DNA of 56,310 nt. Source: Octopus bimaculoides (lineage: Eukaryota). Shown here piece by piece: positions 1 to 10,944 of the stretch (the stretch's first letter is position 1; each line of letters opens with the position of its first letter). The translations under genes and the position numbers were made by a program. The stretch lies in the NCBI RefSeq assembly GCF_001194135.2, contig NC_068982.1:114776412-114832721 (forward strand). The letters run 5' to 3'. The notes below the pieces were generated by a model, which saw only the letters and a list, made by a program, of their open reading frames with translations, was not told the DNA's origin and made no database searches.

Positions 1-67
1 TATATATATATACATACATACATATATACATACATATATACATATACATATATACATACGTATATAC

Positions 68-112
<45 letters not shown>

Positions 113-114
113 CA
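1..114. repeat. (TA)n/(TATACA)n microsatellite
   Basis: Direct reading of the sequence. Confidence 0.95.
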
Positions 115-3100
115 TAGGTGCTGAATAACATCTCTCCTCCCCAAGCTCACCCCACATTCCTTTCTCAGTTTAAAGGGTTGGCACAGTTAATGAAGGCTCA
201 CTGAAAGGTAGGTCTAGTGAGATTGTAGTCATGCTTGAAAGGAGATATGTCAATGTATGCTGCATACAAGAGGTAAGATGGAGAGGAGCTTCAGCCAGGG
301 TCCTCACAAGAAGGCACATAAGTATAAAATCTTCTGGCAAGGTAATACTGATGGAGTAGGAGGTGTAGTCATACTCCTTGCAGAAAAATGGATGGATAAG
401 GTCATAGAGGTTGTCGGGGTATGCGATAGTGCGTAAGGTCAGGCATGTCCTGCAGAACAGTATAGCTACAATTATCTCTGCTTACACCCTACATGCGGGC
501 CTACCAAATGATCAGAAGGACCATTTTTATGATACCATTCTACAGGCTACCTCAAAGATGAGTGGCAATGACCTCACTCATCTTTGCGACTGGAGATTTT
601 AATGGGCATGTTGGACGGCAATCCGGTATCTTCACTGGTGTACACAGGGGCCACGGTATTGATTCCCGAAATGAAGAGGGAACTAGGCTACTGGAGTTCT
701 GTGATGCATGTAACCTTTTAATCTGCAACACTAACTTCAGGAAGCCAGACAGCCACCTGATAACCTACCAATCAGGTGACTCTGCTAGCCAGATTGATTT
801 CATCCTCACCAGACAGCTGGACGCAAGGTTGCTCTTAAATACAAAGACCATCCTGGGTGAAGAATGTACCTCCCGCCTCCCCCGCCCCCAGCATAGACTA
901 GTCATTAGTGACTTTAGACTCGAGGCCAGAAGGATGCCAAGAAGCAGACCAATCCAGAAAAGAATAATTTGGAAGCTTAAGAACCCTTCCCATGATTCAG
1001 AGATTTAGGGACATCTTCATCAAAACATTTGATGAGATTGAGGAGTTACAGACCTCAGACATAGAGGGTAGCTGGAAATTCCTATGAGACAGCTTACTGA
1101 GTGCCACAGACCAAGTCTGCAGATGGTACAAAGTCCCTTCCAGACCTAGAGTAACATGGTGGTGGAATAATACGGTAGACATAGCCATTAGAGCAAAGAA
1201 ACAGGCCTGGAAAGCTTGGAAGAGTGGAAGTAGCAGGGAATTGTACCAGATAGCCAGAAAGGAGGCTGGGCAACAGGGAGAAGCAGAAAAGAAGAAGTTT
1301 GCCAATGTCCAGCGACATGAGGACCAAAGAACTGAAGTATTTCGGATGGCAAGACATTGTGTGAGAAAATTGTGATGTCACAGGAGAGAAATGTGTCTGC
1401 ACGGATGATGGTGCAGTTGCTTTCAATGATTCTGAAAAGAAAGAGGCTTGGATAAGCCATTATGAAAGACTGCTGAATATGGATAGAGAATGGGAGAAGG
1501 AGAGCCTGCCGACCAACTATCCGAATACACAGCACCCTGGTAGATAAAGCAATTAAGGGTATGAAGCTAGGAAAAGCCCCCGGCCCATCAGGAATCACTG
1601 CTAAGATGCTTAAAACATCTTGTGGTGTGGGCTATGGCCTAGTCACCCGTATTGTAAACCAGGTAGTTCATGATGGAGTCATACCCAATGACTGATGTAG
1701 CAGCACCATAGTCAACTGCTACAAGGGTAAAGGTGATGCTTTAGATAAAAATAACTAATGGGGTATCAAACTACTGGATCAGGTGATGAAGGTCACGTAG
1801 AGGGTCATAGCCCAACTAATTAGGGAGAGAGTCTGCTTACATGAGATGCAGTTTGGCTTTGTACCAGATAGAAGCACCACTTGGTATGGCAACTGCAGAA
1901 GAAATACCTAGCCAAAGATAAACCGCTGTATTTGGCTTTGTGAACTTGGAGAAAGCCTTTGACAGGGTCCCCTGATCCCTTATCTGGTGGGCAATGCAGA
2001 AACTGGGGATTGACGAATGGTTAATAAGGGATGTACAGGCCCTATACAGAGATGCCATTAGTAAAGTTAGGGTTGGCAATGAGTGTAGTGAAGAATTCCG
2101 GGTAGAAGTAGGGGTCCACCAAGGATCAGCCCTCAGGCCCCTCTTATTCATCATAGTCCTCCAGGCAATAGCAGAGGCATTCAAGACAGGTTGCTCCTGG
2201 GAGCTCCTCTATGCTGATGGCCTAGCCCTCATAGCAGAATCACTACTAGAACTAGAGAAGAAATTTCAGGTGTGGAATCAAGGTTTAGAGTCGAAGGGCC
2301 TTAGAGTCAATGTCGCAAAGACCAAAGTTCTAGTAAATAGGAAGGCGAACACATCACACGCCTCTTCAGGTAGGTAGCCCTGCTCGATCTGTAGAAAAGG
2401 TGTAGGTATAAACTCCATAAGATGTATCCAGTGTAAGCTGTGGACACATAAGAGGTGCAACAACATCAAAGGAAGATTAACTGGGAAGATAGCTTTCGTG
2501 TGCGGCAGATGCACAGGGGCAATAAGCACCACAGATGCTCAGAAAACAGATTCCATCACATGCTTCTGCTACCTAGGTGACCAAGTCTGTAGAGGGGTGG
2601 ATGCTCAGAGAGCATTACCACTAGAATAAGAATTGCCAGGGCAAAGTTCAGACAGCTTCTGCCCCTACTGGTGACAAAGGCCCTCTCACTGAAAATAAAA
2701 GGTAGATTGTATGATGCATGTGTGCGAACTGCCATGCTTCACGGCAGTGAAACATGGGCCGTGACTGCTGGGAGACATGCGTAGGCTCAAAAGAAATGAA
2801 GCTAGCATGATCAGTTGGATGTGTAATGTCACTGTGCACACATGAGCGTGAGCGCCCTGAGAGAAATGTTGGACATAAGAAGCATCGGATGTGGCGTGCA
2901 AGTGAGACGTTTGCGTTGGTATGGTCATGTACTACAGATGGGTGAGGAGAGCTGTGTGAAGAAGTGCAGCTCCCAAACAGTGGAAGGAATCCAGGATAGA
3001 GGAAGAGCCAGGAAGACATAGGATGAGGTGGTGAAACATGACCTTCGAACGTTGGGCCTCACAAAAAGCAATGACAAAAGACCGAGACCTCTGGAGATAT

Positions 3101-3557
3101 GCTGTGACTGAGAAGACCCAGCAAATAAAATGAGACCACAGCTGTAACCTACACCAATGTCACATAACCAGTCCACTCAAAAAGTACCTTTGGATCTTAG
3201 AACGACATGCCATGCTTGATGAGACCTATTGAGTCAAGGACATAAAATCAAAATCAAATCAAATCACAATCAAATGGAAATTGTAGCTATGGTCCCCGTG
3301 CCGGTGGTACGTAAAAAGCACCATCCGAATGTGGTCGATGCCAGCATCTTCATCCTGACTGGCTCCTGTACCGGCGGCACATAAAAAGCACCCACTACAC
3401 TCTCGGAGTGGTTGGCATTAGGAAGGGCATCCAGCTGTAGCAACACTGCCAGATCAGACTGAAGCCTGGTGCAGCCTCCTTGTTTTCCCAGACCCCAGTC
3501 GAACCATCCAACCAATGCCAGCATGGAAAACAGACGTTAAACGATGATGATGATGAT
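115..3557 (+). mobile_element. Decayed near-full-length RTE-clade LINE (APE endonuclease, RT, PHD finger, C-terminal region, long 3'UTR ending in (GAT)n)
   Basis: APE motifs (GDFNGHVG, RNEEGTRLLEFC, SQIDFIL); RT motifs (LEKAFDRV, GVHQGSALRPLLF, ELLYADGL for YADD, GLRVNVAKTK); C-terminal AMLHGSETWA and RWYGHV. Many stops and frameshifts. Tail gacgttaaacgatgatgatg. Confidence 0.95.
2381..2512 (+). other. PHD-type zinc finger (C4HC3) encoded inside the RTE ORF after the RT core
   Basis: Translation CSICRKGVGINSIRCIQCKLWTHKRCNNIKGRLTGKIAFVCGRC. Homologous segments at ~13470-13620 (-) and, truncated, ~50340-50440 (-). Confidence 0.8.
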
Positions 3558-3563
3558 AAATAA

Positions 3564-3611
<48 letters not shown>

Positions 3612-3660
3612 TCATATATATGTACATATATACATATATATACATACATATGTATACAAA
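3558..3660. repeat. (TAAA)n/(TA)n microsatellite
   Basis: Direct reading. Confidence 0.95.
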
Positions 3661-3750
3661 CATCATCATCATCATTTAACGTCCGCTTTCCATGCTATCA
3701 TGGGTTGGACGATTTGACTGAGGACTGGTGAACCAGGTGGCTACACCAGA
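3661..3750 (-). mobile_element. 5'-truncated RTE 3' tail fragment
   Basis: Reverse complement of ...cccatgctagcatggaaagcggacgttaaa(tga)n. Confidence 0.85.
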
Positions 3751-3971
3751 TACATATGTATACATACATTCTGTTTTAATGCCTTATTAATTAAAACACC
3801 AGTTTGATTTCTACTCTGGGCTGGATTGCCTATGTTCAGTCTACTGCAGAATGAAGGTCTCAGCATGAACTCTCCACCAACCACAATCTGATATGGAGGA
3901 CATGAATTTGAGTTTGAGATGATGCTGGTTTAGTGAACCTACTCTACCACACTGGCTTGACGAGGCTTGGA

Positions 3972-4090
3972 GAGTGACCTGAAGGTGCTATATCAGGAGA
4001 ACATGGTGGGTGCTGTAGAACTTCCCAGCCAAGCTCTCAAATGGCATTTTTCAAATTAGTGAACAAGTGTTGTGTTGAAGCATGCCATGT
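3972..4090 (-). mobile_element. Mariner transposase remnant
   Basis: Minus strand translates KNAI*ELGWEVLQHPPCSPDIAPS, matching the mariner WEVLPHPPYSPDLAPSD motif. Confidence 0.75.
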
Positions 4091-4319
4091 CACTGGTGGG
4101 GTCATTTCTTCCAATAACTTTATTGAAACAGGAATTAAGAACAGATTACGAGCTTAAGTTGCCTTCAATTTTATTTAATCAGTGGTAATAACAGTGTACG
4201 TATGAAACATGCTTTATTTCACGTGAATATAGATTTGTTTTACTCATCAAAATAAGAAAGCGATACATATCATCGCGTAAAAATTCTACAAGATACAAAA
4301 CCTATGATTTAAATAAATG

Positions 4320-4437
4320 TACATTGGATAATAGATACACTACCTCTGAAAGAAAAAAAATAGACTCGGTGGTCAGGGTAGAAACGCTTTTGATCATTGG
4401 CCTGCCCGATCCACGCAACCAGAGCAAAACAACAACA
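4320..4437 (+). repeat. Copy of an abundant old dispersed repeat (...ctagaaatagcagccaaatct...cctactgtctta...gatcataggtctgctcgatcagg...)
   Basis: Recognisable diverged copies also near 4840-4930, 19110-19270, 23500-23700, 38400-38460, 40310-40470, 42250-42430, 42780-42970, 44640-44910, 45100-45290. Class not determined. Confidence 0.6.
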
Positions 4438-5164
4438 CATTTTAAGTTTAGGAATAGACGAGATTAGCTACGTTGAGTTAGATCGAACAGAATTATATTC
4501 CTAATAAGTAGAATTATAGCCAAATTGAAAGGTATTAAATAAGAGTGGTCAGCAAAAGTTTATCACATGTAAAAAGAAATAAAAACTTCAGGTAAAAAAA
4601 AACAAAAGCAGAGCTGGCGAGAACCAAAATCCTTAAATAAAAATATAATTGAATTTAGAAGACAACACATGAAAAGAATCGGAAAAGGGATAACTGAAAT
4701 GTTCACGGGTTACATTCTTCACACAAGATATAAAAGTATTTCAAAATCACTTCTGCGTCAAGAGACATAAATAAATATTGAAGTTAAGTTTACGTGTCAC
4801 AACCAGAACAGCAGACGAGACGAGTGCGTGAGTGAGTTGCCTCCGTGATCGCTTGGCCGGTAACAAATAGCAACCGAGTCTTCAAATTACGCCTTACTAT
4901 CTTAAATAAAGGGCAAATTTGGCAATATGGACACTAATAGATTAAAAAAAAAAGACTAATGGTTACGACTGGAATATTTTTGACCATTGATTTGCTCGTT
5001 AAGGGTTCAATATCAAAACGTGGTATTCTGAGGGAGTGATCGTAGAAGGAACATAACGAGAGGAATGTTCCACTGCTTAACGAAAAGAATGAAATCATGA
5101 TGAGATTTTTTTGTTTGTTTTCAAATTGGTGATCAGAGGGGGAAAAAATGTCTAAAATACTTAC

Positions 5165-5209
5165 ATATAACAACACCAACAGGGAAATAATGCCCGGTAG
5201 GTCAGCCAT
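5165..5209 (-). CDS. Probable first coding exon of a leftward host gene, signal-peptide-like (MADLPGIISLLVLLY)
   Basis: aagATGGCTG start context, 15 codons, then a perfect gtaagt donor (5164-5159). The following sequence is T-rich on the minus strand, like an intron. CpG-retaining context. Remaining exons would lie left of the window. Confidence 0.55.
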
Positions 5210-5260
5210 CTTAGTGATCTGTGTACAACAGGAAGTGACGTCGAATACGTGCACGTTGCA
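5203..5260 (-). promoter_or_regulatory. Housekeeping-type core promoter motifs: YY1-like cagccatctt over the ATG, ETS/CRE composite caggaagtgacgtc, palindrome acgtgcacgt
   Basis: Motifs read directly at 5203-5212, 5229-5242 and 5248-5257. Function inferred from vertebrate motif knowledge. Confidence 0.5.
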
Positions 5261-6153
5261 TTAGTTTATTGCAGTTACAGACTTTTGCTTGGAATTGTAT
5301 ATTTCTGCTACGTCTACACGGATGTTAGTCCTTACATGCATACAAACACACACATACATGCACACGCGCGCGCACACACACGTGTGTGTTCAAGACAGTC
5401 CAGTGATGGCCATCCTTTCTTTTTAGTGAATGTAGGATTACATTTATAATAGAGTGTACGCTACACTTCCCTTTTGATACCAACTCTGAGACCACCTTGA
5501 TTCTTTGATACAAACTTCCTGTTTAAAATGATCTAAATTAAAACCTTCCAGCATAATTTCATGTTAATTTATGTTACAAACACCAGCTTAATAATAACAG
5601 TTATTTTACCAAATTCTTTATTTTCAAAATCAATTGAAATAAAGGCATTCTATTTCAGAGATTTGTCTGCTGTTTCTAACAAATCGAGTAACCATGTATA
5701 ACAACGGTTCTCAAATTTTATTTTCTTTTTCGTGACACATAAACCAACTAATTTCTTTTGCATTACACATAGAAAATTTGTTGTTATTATTTTGAAAACT
5801 ATTACTTTGCTTTAGGCGGAGTTTCGAATCAGGACGCCTACATCAGATAGATTTTCTCCGTTTTGATGGGATTTTTCCAATTTTTTTCATCACATATGCC
5901 TGGAAAACTTTAGGATTTTTGTCTCCAACCTCCTCCGGACCGATTTTGACTAACTTAGGGAACACTATGCCCTAAAAAAATCATAGGAGAATCTTTTATG
6001 GCTGTTGTTTCTAGCATGTCGCACGACCACCTCGTTTTTTTTTTTTTTTGTCATTCTCACATGTTGATGTTTTTCATTTATGCTATTAAAAAATGTGAAA
6101 ATATATAATTTTTTTTTTCAAAGCAATGGAAGTTAGTACTAACTACAATTGCT

Positions 6154-6753
6154 GGATCTTGTTCAAAACGGAGGCACCAGTTTTCATTTATGTTTGATGT
6201 AGTGTTTTTGGTACCGAAAGACTTTCAAACTTCGTATACTTATCTATTTTGTGTTATAGAACAGAAAAAAATGTTTGTATTCGAATTTATTTCATGTAAA
6301 AAATTGTCTTATTTCGATAATTTCTACTAATCACTGACGTCTATTTAGTTGAAAACAGTTAGCGCTGTAACGGTACTGTTAACCCTAACCCTAAAACTAA
6401 CCCTAACTCTAGAATCCGAACTCTAAAATTGTTACACACATAGATACGCACAGCGTAATTTATTATATAAACAATATATGCGTATAAATTACGATTAAAC
6501 CGGATGAAATATGTCACAGGGAATAACATTTTTATGACCGGCCAGCCGTAACTCTATTCAGCTGAATAGACGTCAGTGATTGGTTGAAATTACAGAAATA
6601 CGACAACTTTAACATGGAATAACTTGCGATGTCCGTTTTTTTGTTAAGAAGACTAAGAGTAAAAGATGTTTTATATGACACATTCTACCAGTGTCCCAAG
6701 TTTCATAGTGTTTCGTTAAGAAAATACTGGTGCCCCCGTTTTGAACTAGATCC
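6154..6753. mobile_element. 600-bp non-autonomous DNA transposon (MITE), Merlin-like
   Basis: ~30-bp TIRs (ggatcttgttcaaaacggaggcaccag / ctggtgcccccgttttgaactagatcc); exact 8-bp TSD caattgct at 6146-6153 and 6754-6761; internal inverted repeats; central (CCCTAA)-like tract. GG termini plus an 8-bp TSD suggest Merlin; hAT or P not excluded. Confidence 0.85.
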
Positions 6754-7389
6754 CAATTGCTCAACCAAGCCTGACCTTAATAATAATATCAATATATCTA
6801 TTGCATACTATTGATTATATATTGAAAGATCAATCCCAGTATATTCACACAAGACTAATTAAATATAACTATAAGGAGTGAATGATTTTAGGTTATACAA
6901 CTTTGCCAGATCCTGTACCATAAAGCTGGTTAGTGGTTTCTATTCAATTTACAATAATACGGAGATCATAGTTTTCAATATCAGGAATCATTACAGACTA
7001 ACTGAGGATTAATGACATTCTCATACATAATACATTTGATATTAACAAGTTATTTAATAAATCTCCAAATTCTTGATTATCATCAAAATTAGTTAACACA
7101 CATAGGTAGTGCATCTCAATAAAAGTATTGAAATAAAAGGGTTAAAGAAACTATTTTGGGATATGTCTTTCATATTGTATTACTTAATTAGTTTCAAAGA
7201 GAAATAACTTATTGTTTAGTGTAAGACCAGTTATGTAGTTTCAATACAATAAACAAAGTTCAATTTATCATTGAACTGAATTCGAATCTGAGTAGTTTGA
7301 AAGTTGCTGACTTCTGGAACAAATTTCTTTTATCTATTCTATACATGCAAAAATTACAATTAAATTGGCCTACTCGTATATATTCTGGA

Positions 7390-7535
7390 GACAGACATAG
7401 CTGGGTGGTTCAGAAGTTTACTTCACAACTAATGTGGTTTCAGATTTCAACTTGGTCATGTGTCTTCTACCTTAGCATCAAGTTACCAAAACTTTGTGAG
7501 TAAAATTTGATAGGCAGAAACTTTGTGCAAGCCCA
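7390..7535 (+). mobile_element. Decayed tRNA-derived SINE (family A: ...gtggctgtgtggtaagaagcttgcttcccaaccacatggtt...)
   Basis: Diverged match to better-preserved copies such as 53225-53397. Confidence 0.55.
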
Positions 7536-7665
7536 ATGGATGAACTATTACTCTTCTTCGATGGTGGACTTAATCTGTTTCCCTGTTTAACACCACCACC
7601 AACATCTGATACTTGGATACATTTATTGATGTTCCTTCTATTACAAGCAATTTCAAATACATACA

Positions 7666-8275
7666 CAGGTGCAGGCACTTCTTCACACAGCTCTCCTCAT
7701 CCATCCGTAGTACATGACCATACCAACGCAAACGTCTCACTTGCACGCCACATCTGATGCTTCTTATGTCCAACATTTCTCTCAGGGCGCTCATGCTCAT
7801 GTGTGCACAGTGACATTACACATCCAGCAGATCATGCTAGCTTCATTTCTTTCGGGCCTACGCATGTCTCCCAGCAGTCACGGGCCATGTTTCACTGCCT
7901 TGAAGCATGACAGTTCTCATACATGCATCATACAATCTGCTTCCCAACAACATGGTTCTGGGTTCAGTCACACTGCATGGCACCTTGGGTAAGTGTCTTT
8001 ACTGTAGCCTCAGGCTGACCAAAGCCTTGTAAGTGGATTTGGTGGACGGAAATTGAAAGAAGCCCATCATATATATGATGTATGTGTGTCTATTTGTACC
8101 CCCATCACCACTTGTCAACAAGTGTTGGTGTGTTTACATCCCCATAACTTTGCAGTTTGGCAAAAGAGACCATAGAATAAGTACTAAGCTTAAAAAATAA
8201 GTCCTGGGGTTCATTTGTTCAACTAAAATCTTTCAAGGTGGTGCTCCAGCATGGCCACAAATGACTGAAACAAAT
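7666..8275 (+). mobile_element. Family A SINE whose head is interrupted by an inverted RTE segment
   Basis: Head start acaggtgcaggc, resumes at tgcttcccaacaacatggttctgggttcagtc, tail ...ggtggtgctccagcatggcc...aaatgactgaaaca. Confidence 0.8.
7676..7938 (-). mobile_element. Internal RTE fragment ~95% identical to 2704-2967
   Basis: Manual alignment: 13 substitutions, no indels over ~264 nt. Confidence 0.9.
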
Positions 8276-8398
8276 ATATATATATATATATATAGATCAT
8301 CATCATCAACAACACTCCTTATATAAAATTTAGCTGCTATACATAACTGTTGCTCTTGTCAAAACCTCCCTATTTCACTTTTGTACTAATTTCAACAG

Positions 8399-8522
8399 CA
8401 TAAATATTGAGTTTACAAGAGTTTACTACAATGTACTACCTCACTACCAAAACTGAAACAAGAGAATAGCAATTTGTTTGTGTCCCTGTCAATAATCTGC
8501 TTCCAATACACTCTGACTTCAT
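8399..8522 (+). other. Candidate internal exon, coding status unclear
   Basis: tatttcacttttgtactaatttcaacag acceptor with branch-point-like ctaat; CAT|gttagt donor. All three frames contain stops. Confidence 0.25.
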
Positions 8523-8609
8523 GTTAGTATATCAATGATTGTGTCTATATATGTATAGATAAGCAGATATGTATATGTACTATTCCTCCTCTTTATCATC
8601 TAAAGCATC

Positions 8610-8900
8610 ATCACCAACATCAATTTGCATACACTTTTCCATGCTGTCATGGGTTGGATGGGTCATCCTGGTTCAAGTTAAACTTTATTTGAAGTTACTG
8701 CATTTCTAGTCAGCAACCATGTCTCACTCATACATTCCATTTTTGGCATTGTTTCTATGGCTGGATGATCTTACCACCAACCTCATTAGAGAGTGTTCTA
8801 GATGTATTTTATTGTGATACCAACACTGAAGATAATGCCATGTTCGTGGTAAGACTAAAGAGGTTGTCTTTGTTCCTTTGCTTACCTGCACAAGAAGGCT
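8610..8900 (-). mobile_element. Old RTE-tail/SINE remnant
   Basis: Starts catcatcaccaacatc...ttttccatgctgtcatgggttggatgg, the reverse of the shared tail. Confidence 0.6.
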
Positions 8901-9299
8901 GTCTTACATCCAGCAAGGTTAGAGTCTCCTCTTCCCTGTATTTCTTCCATATACTCATTCCTTTCTTTCAGACACAACTGGGTGGGAAGAGGCCCAGAGT
9001 AAGAGGGTGATAGAAGATTAATGGATGGGAAAAGCCTGAATTATAAAAGCAAGAGGGTAATAGGAAAGAGTTATGGGAGAGAAGATGAAGGAGTTGGTGG
9101 ACTGTGAATAGAGGTAAGACAGAAATGGTGATAAAAGATAGAATTATGTAAAAGAACCAAAGATAGAGTTATGTAAAAGAACCAGAGTAAGAAAGTGATA
9201 GAAGAGAGAATAATGGAAGAGAACTAAAGAGATGGGAGCAAGGCAATAGAGGAGAGAATAAGGAAAGAGAGAAGGTGATAGACAGCTATATGGGGATAG

Positions 9300-9745
9300 T
9301 TGGTAACGAAGCTGAATAAAAACAATATGAATGATATGGCAGGAACAATAGAGTGATTAAAGGTGTATTGGAAATGAGAGTAGTAGAGAGTGAGTGATGG
9401 ATGTCAAAATTGTGTAATAGAGGATGGAGCAGTGTTAAAAAGAATGACAGATAACAACGAAAGATGGATGGTGGCAAGAGACTAGGAATGATGAATGTCA
9501 ATAATGAGTGACAAGGAGAAGGAATAATGAAAGAGAGTGGTGGTTAGCAGTAAAGAATAGTGATAGTAAGGTGAGGGTTGAATACAGATAGATCCAGTGC
9601 GAGACAATCACTTGATACACATGTACCATAATGGGAGAACGTTACAGTGGTAGTAGAGAAGCACATATGAAAAGGCATGAGTGATAGAGAAGAGAACATC
9701 AAAGAGGTGAGTGATGTATGGACACTTAATATGAGACCCAAACGT
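9300..9745 (-). mobile_element. Possible highly decayed APE endonuclease region of a non-RTE LINE
   Basis: Minus frames give GLILSVHTSL, LTITILYC*PP (cf. YRPP) and LLHNFDIHHSL (cf. GDFNAHH). Strong purine/pyrimidine skew. Resemblance is weak. Confidence 0.3.
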
Positions 9746-9938
9746 AGATTTTAAAATTCTTAATTTCCATCACTTATCACAACCATCCTTTTTACATCCA
9801 TCTTTATTTCATGCTTGCCACAAGTTGCAGACAATTTTCATCCCCTTTGAGAAGTTCAATCTCCTGCAGTCAATCTTCACAACTTCATCCCATCTCTTAC
9901 TTGCATTCATCTCCCAAAGGTTCCATCCACTCAGAACC

Positions 9939-10942
9939 TTCAATACTTCTTCATACAAATGACATCCTCCATATACCATTACATGCCGGTATCATCAATC
10001 TTCTCTCTTTACTATTACATATTTTATATACATATATATATATATATACGTTTCTTTTCTTTCCTTTCTTGAGCGTCCAATAACACTGTACTTATTCTAC
10101 GTCCTCGCGTTGCTTTTTCGTGCTTTTTCATGTTTAAATTGACTATATATATATATCATCATCATCATCATCATCGTTTAACGTCCGCTTTCCATGCTAG
10201 CATGGGTTGGACGATTTGACTGAGGACTGATGAAACCGGATGGCAACACCAGGCTCCAGTCTGATTTGGCAGAGTTTCTACAGCTGGATGCCCTTCCTAA
10301 CGCCAACCACTCAGAGAGTGTAGTGGGTGCTTTTACGTGTCACCCGCACGAAAACGGCCACGCTCGAAATGGTGTCTTTTATGTGCCACNNNNNNNNNNN
10401 NNNNNNNNNNNNNNNNNNNNNNNNNNNNNNNNNNNNNNNNNNNNNNNNNNNNNNNNNNNNNNNNNNNNNNNNNNNNNNNNNNNNNNNNNNNNNNNNNNNN
10501 NNNNNNNNNNNNNNNNNNNNNNNNNNNNNNNNNNNNNNNNNNNNNNNNNNNNNNNNNNNNNNNNNNNNNNNNNNNNNNNNNNNNNNNNNNNNNNNNNNNN
10601 NNNNNNNNNNNNNNNNNNNNNNNNNNNNNNNNNNNNNNNNNNNNNNNNNNNNNNNNNNNNNNNNNNNNNNNNNNNNNNNNNNNNNNNNNNNNNNNNNNNN
10701 NNNNNNNNNNNNNNNNNNNNNNNNNNNNNNNNNNNNNNNNNNNNNNNNNNNNNNNNNNNNNNNNNNNNNNNNNNNNNNNNNNNNNNNNNNNNNNNNNNNN
10801 NNNNNNNNNNNNNNNNNNNNNNNNNNNNNNNNTTCAATACTTCTTCATACAAATGACATCCTCCATATACCATTACATGCCGGTATCATCAATCTTCTCT
10901 CTTTACTATTACATATTTTATATACATATATATATATATATA
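9939..10942. repeat. Identical ~105-bp segment duplicated at 9939-10048 and 10833-10942, either side of a young insertion and a gap
   Basis: Both copies read ttcaatacttcttcatacaaatgacatcc...ctattacatattttatatac(ta)n. Confidence 0.9.
10155..10389 (-). mobile_element. Young RTE 3'-tail element, cut by an assembly gap
   Basis: ~98% identical to 14319-14558 by manual comparison; CpGs intact. Confidence 0.9.
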
Positions 10943-10944
10943 CA

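Noticed and set aside
3294-3395. Repeat-spacer-like units gtgccggtggcacgtaaaaagcacc resembling a CRISPR array
   Set aside because: Only 2-3 units, spacers related to each other, located in a eukaryotic LINE 3'UTR, no cas genes.
3395-3675. ORFs rich in YIYI/CVCV/HTHT (also 33192-33661, 37822-38040 and others)
   Set aside because: Translations of TA, TG and CA microsatellites.
6381-6425. Telomere or chromosome-fusion site (also 18740-18830, 48520-48725)
   Set aside because: Short degenerate tracts; the 6.4- and 48.6-kb ones lie inside MITEs, and none is a true telomeric array.
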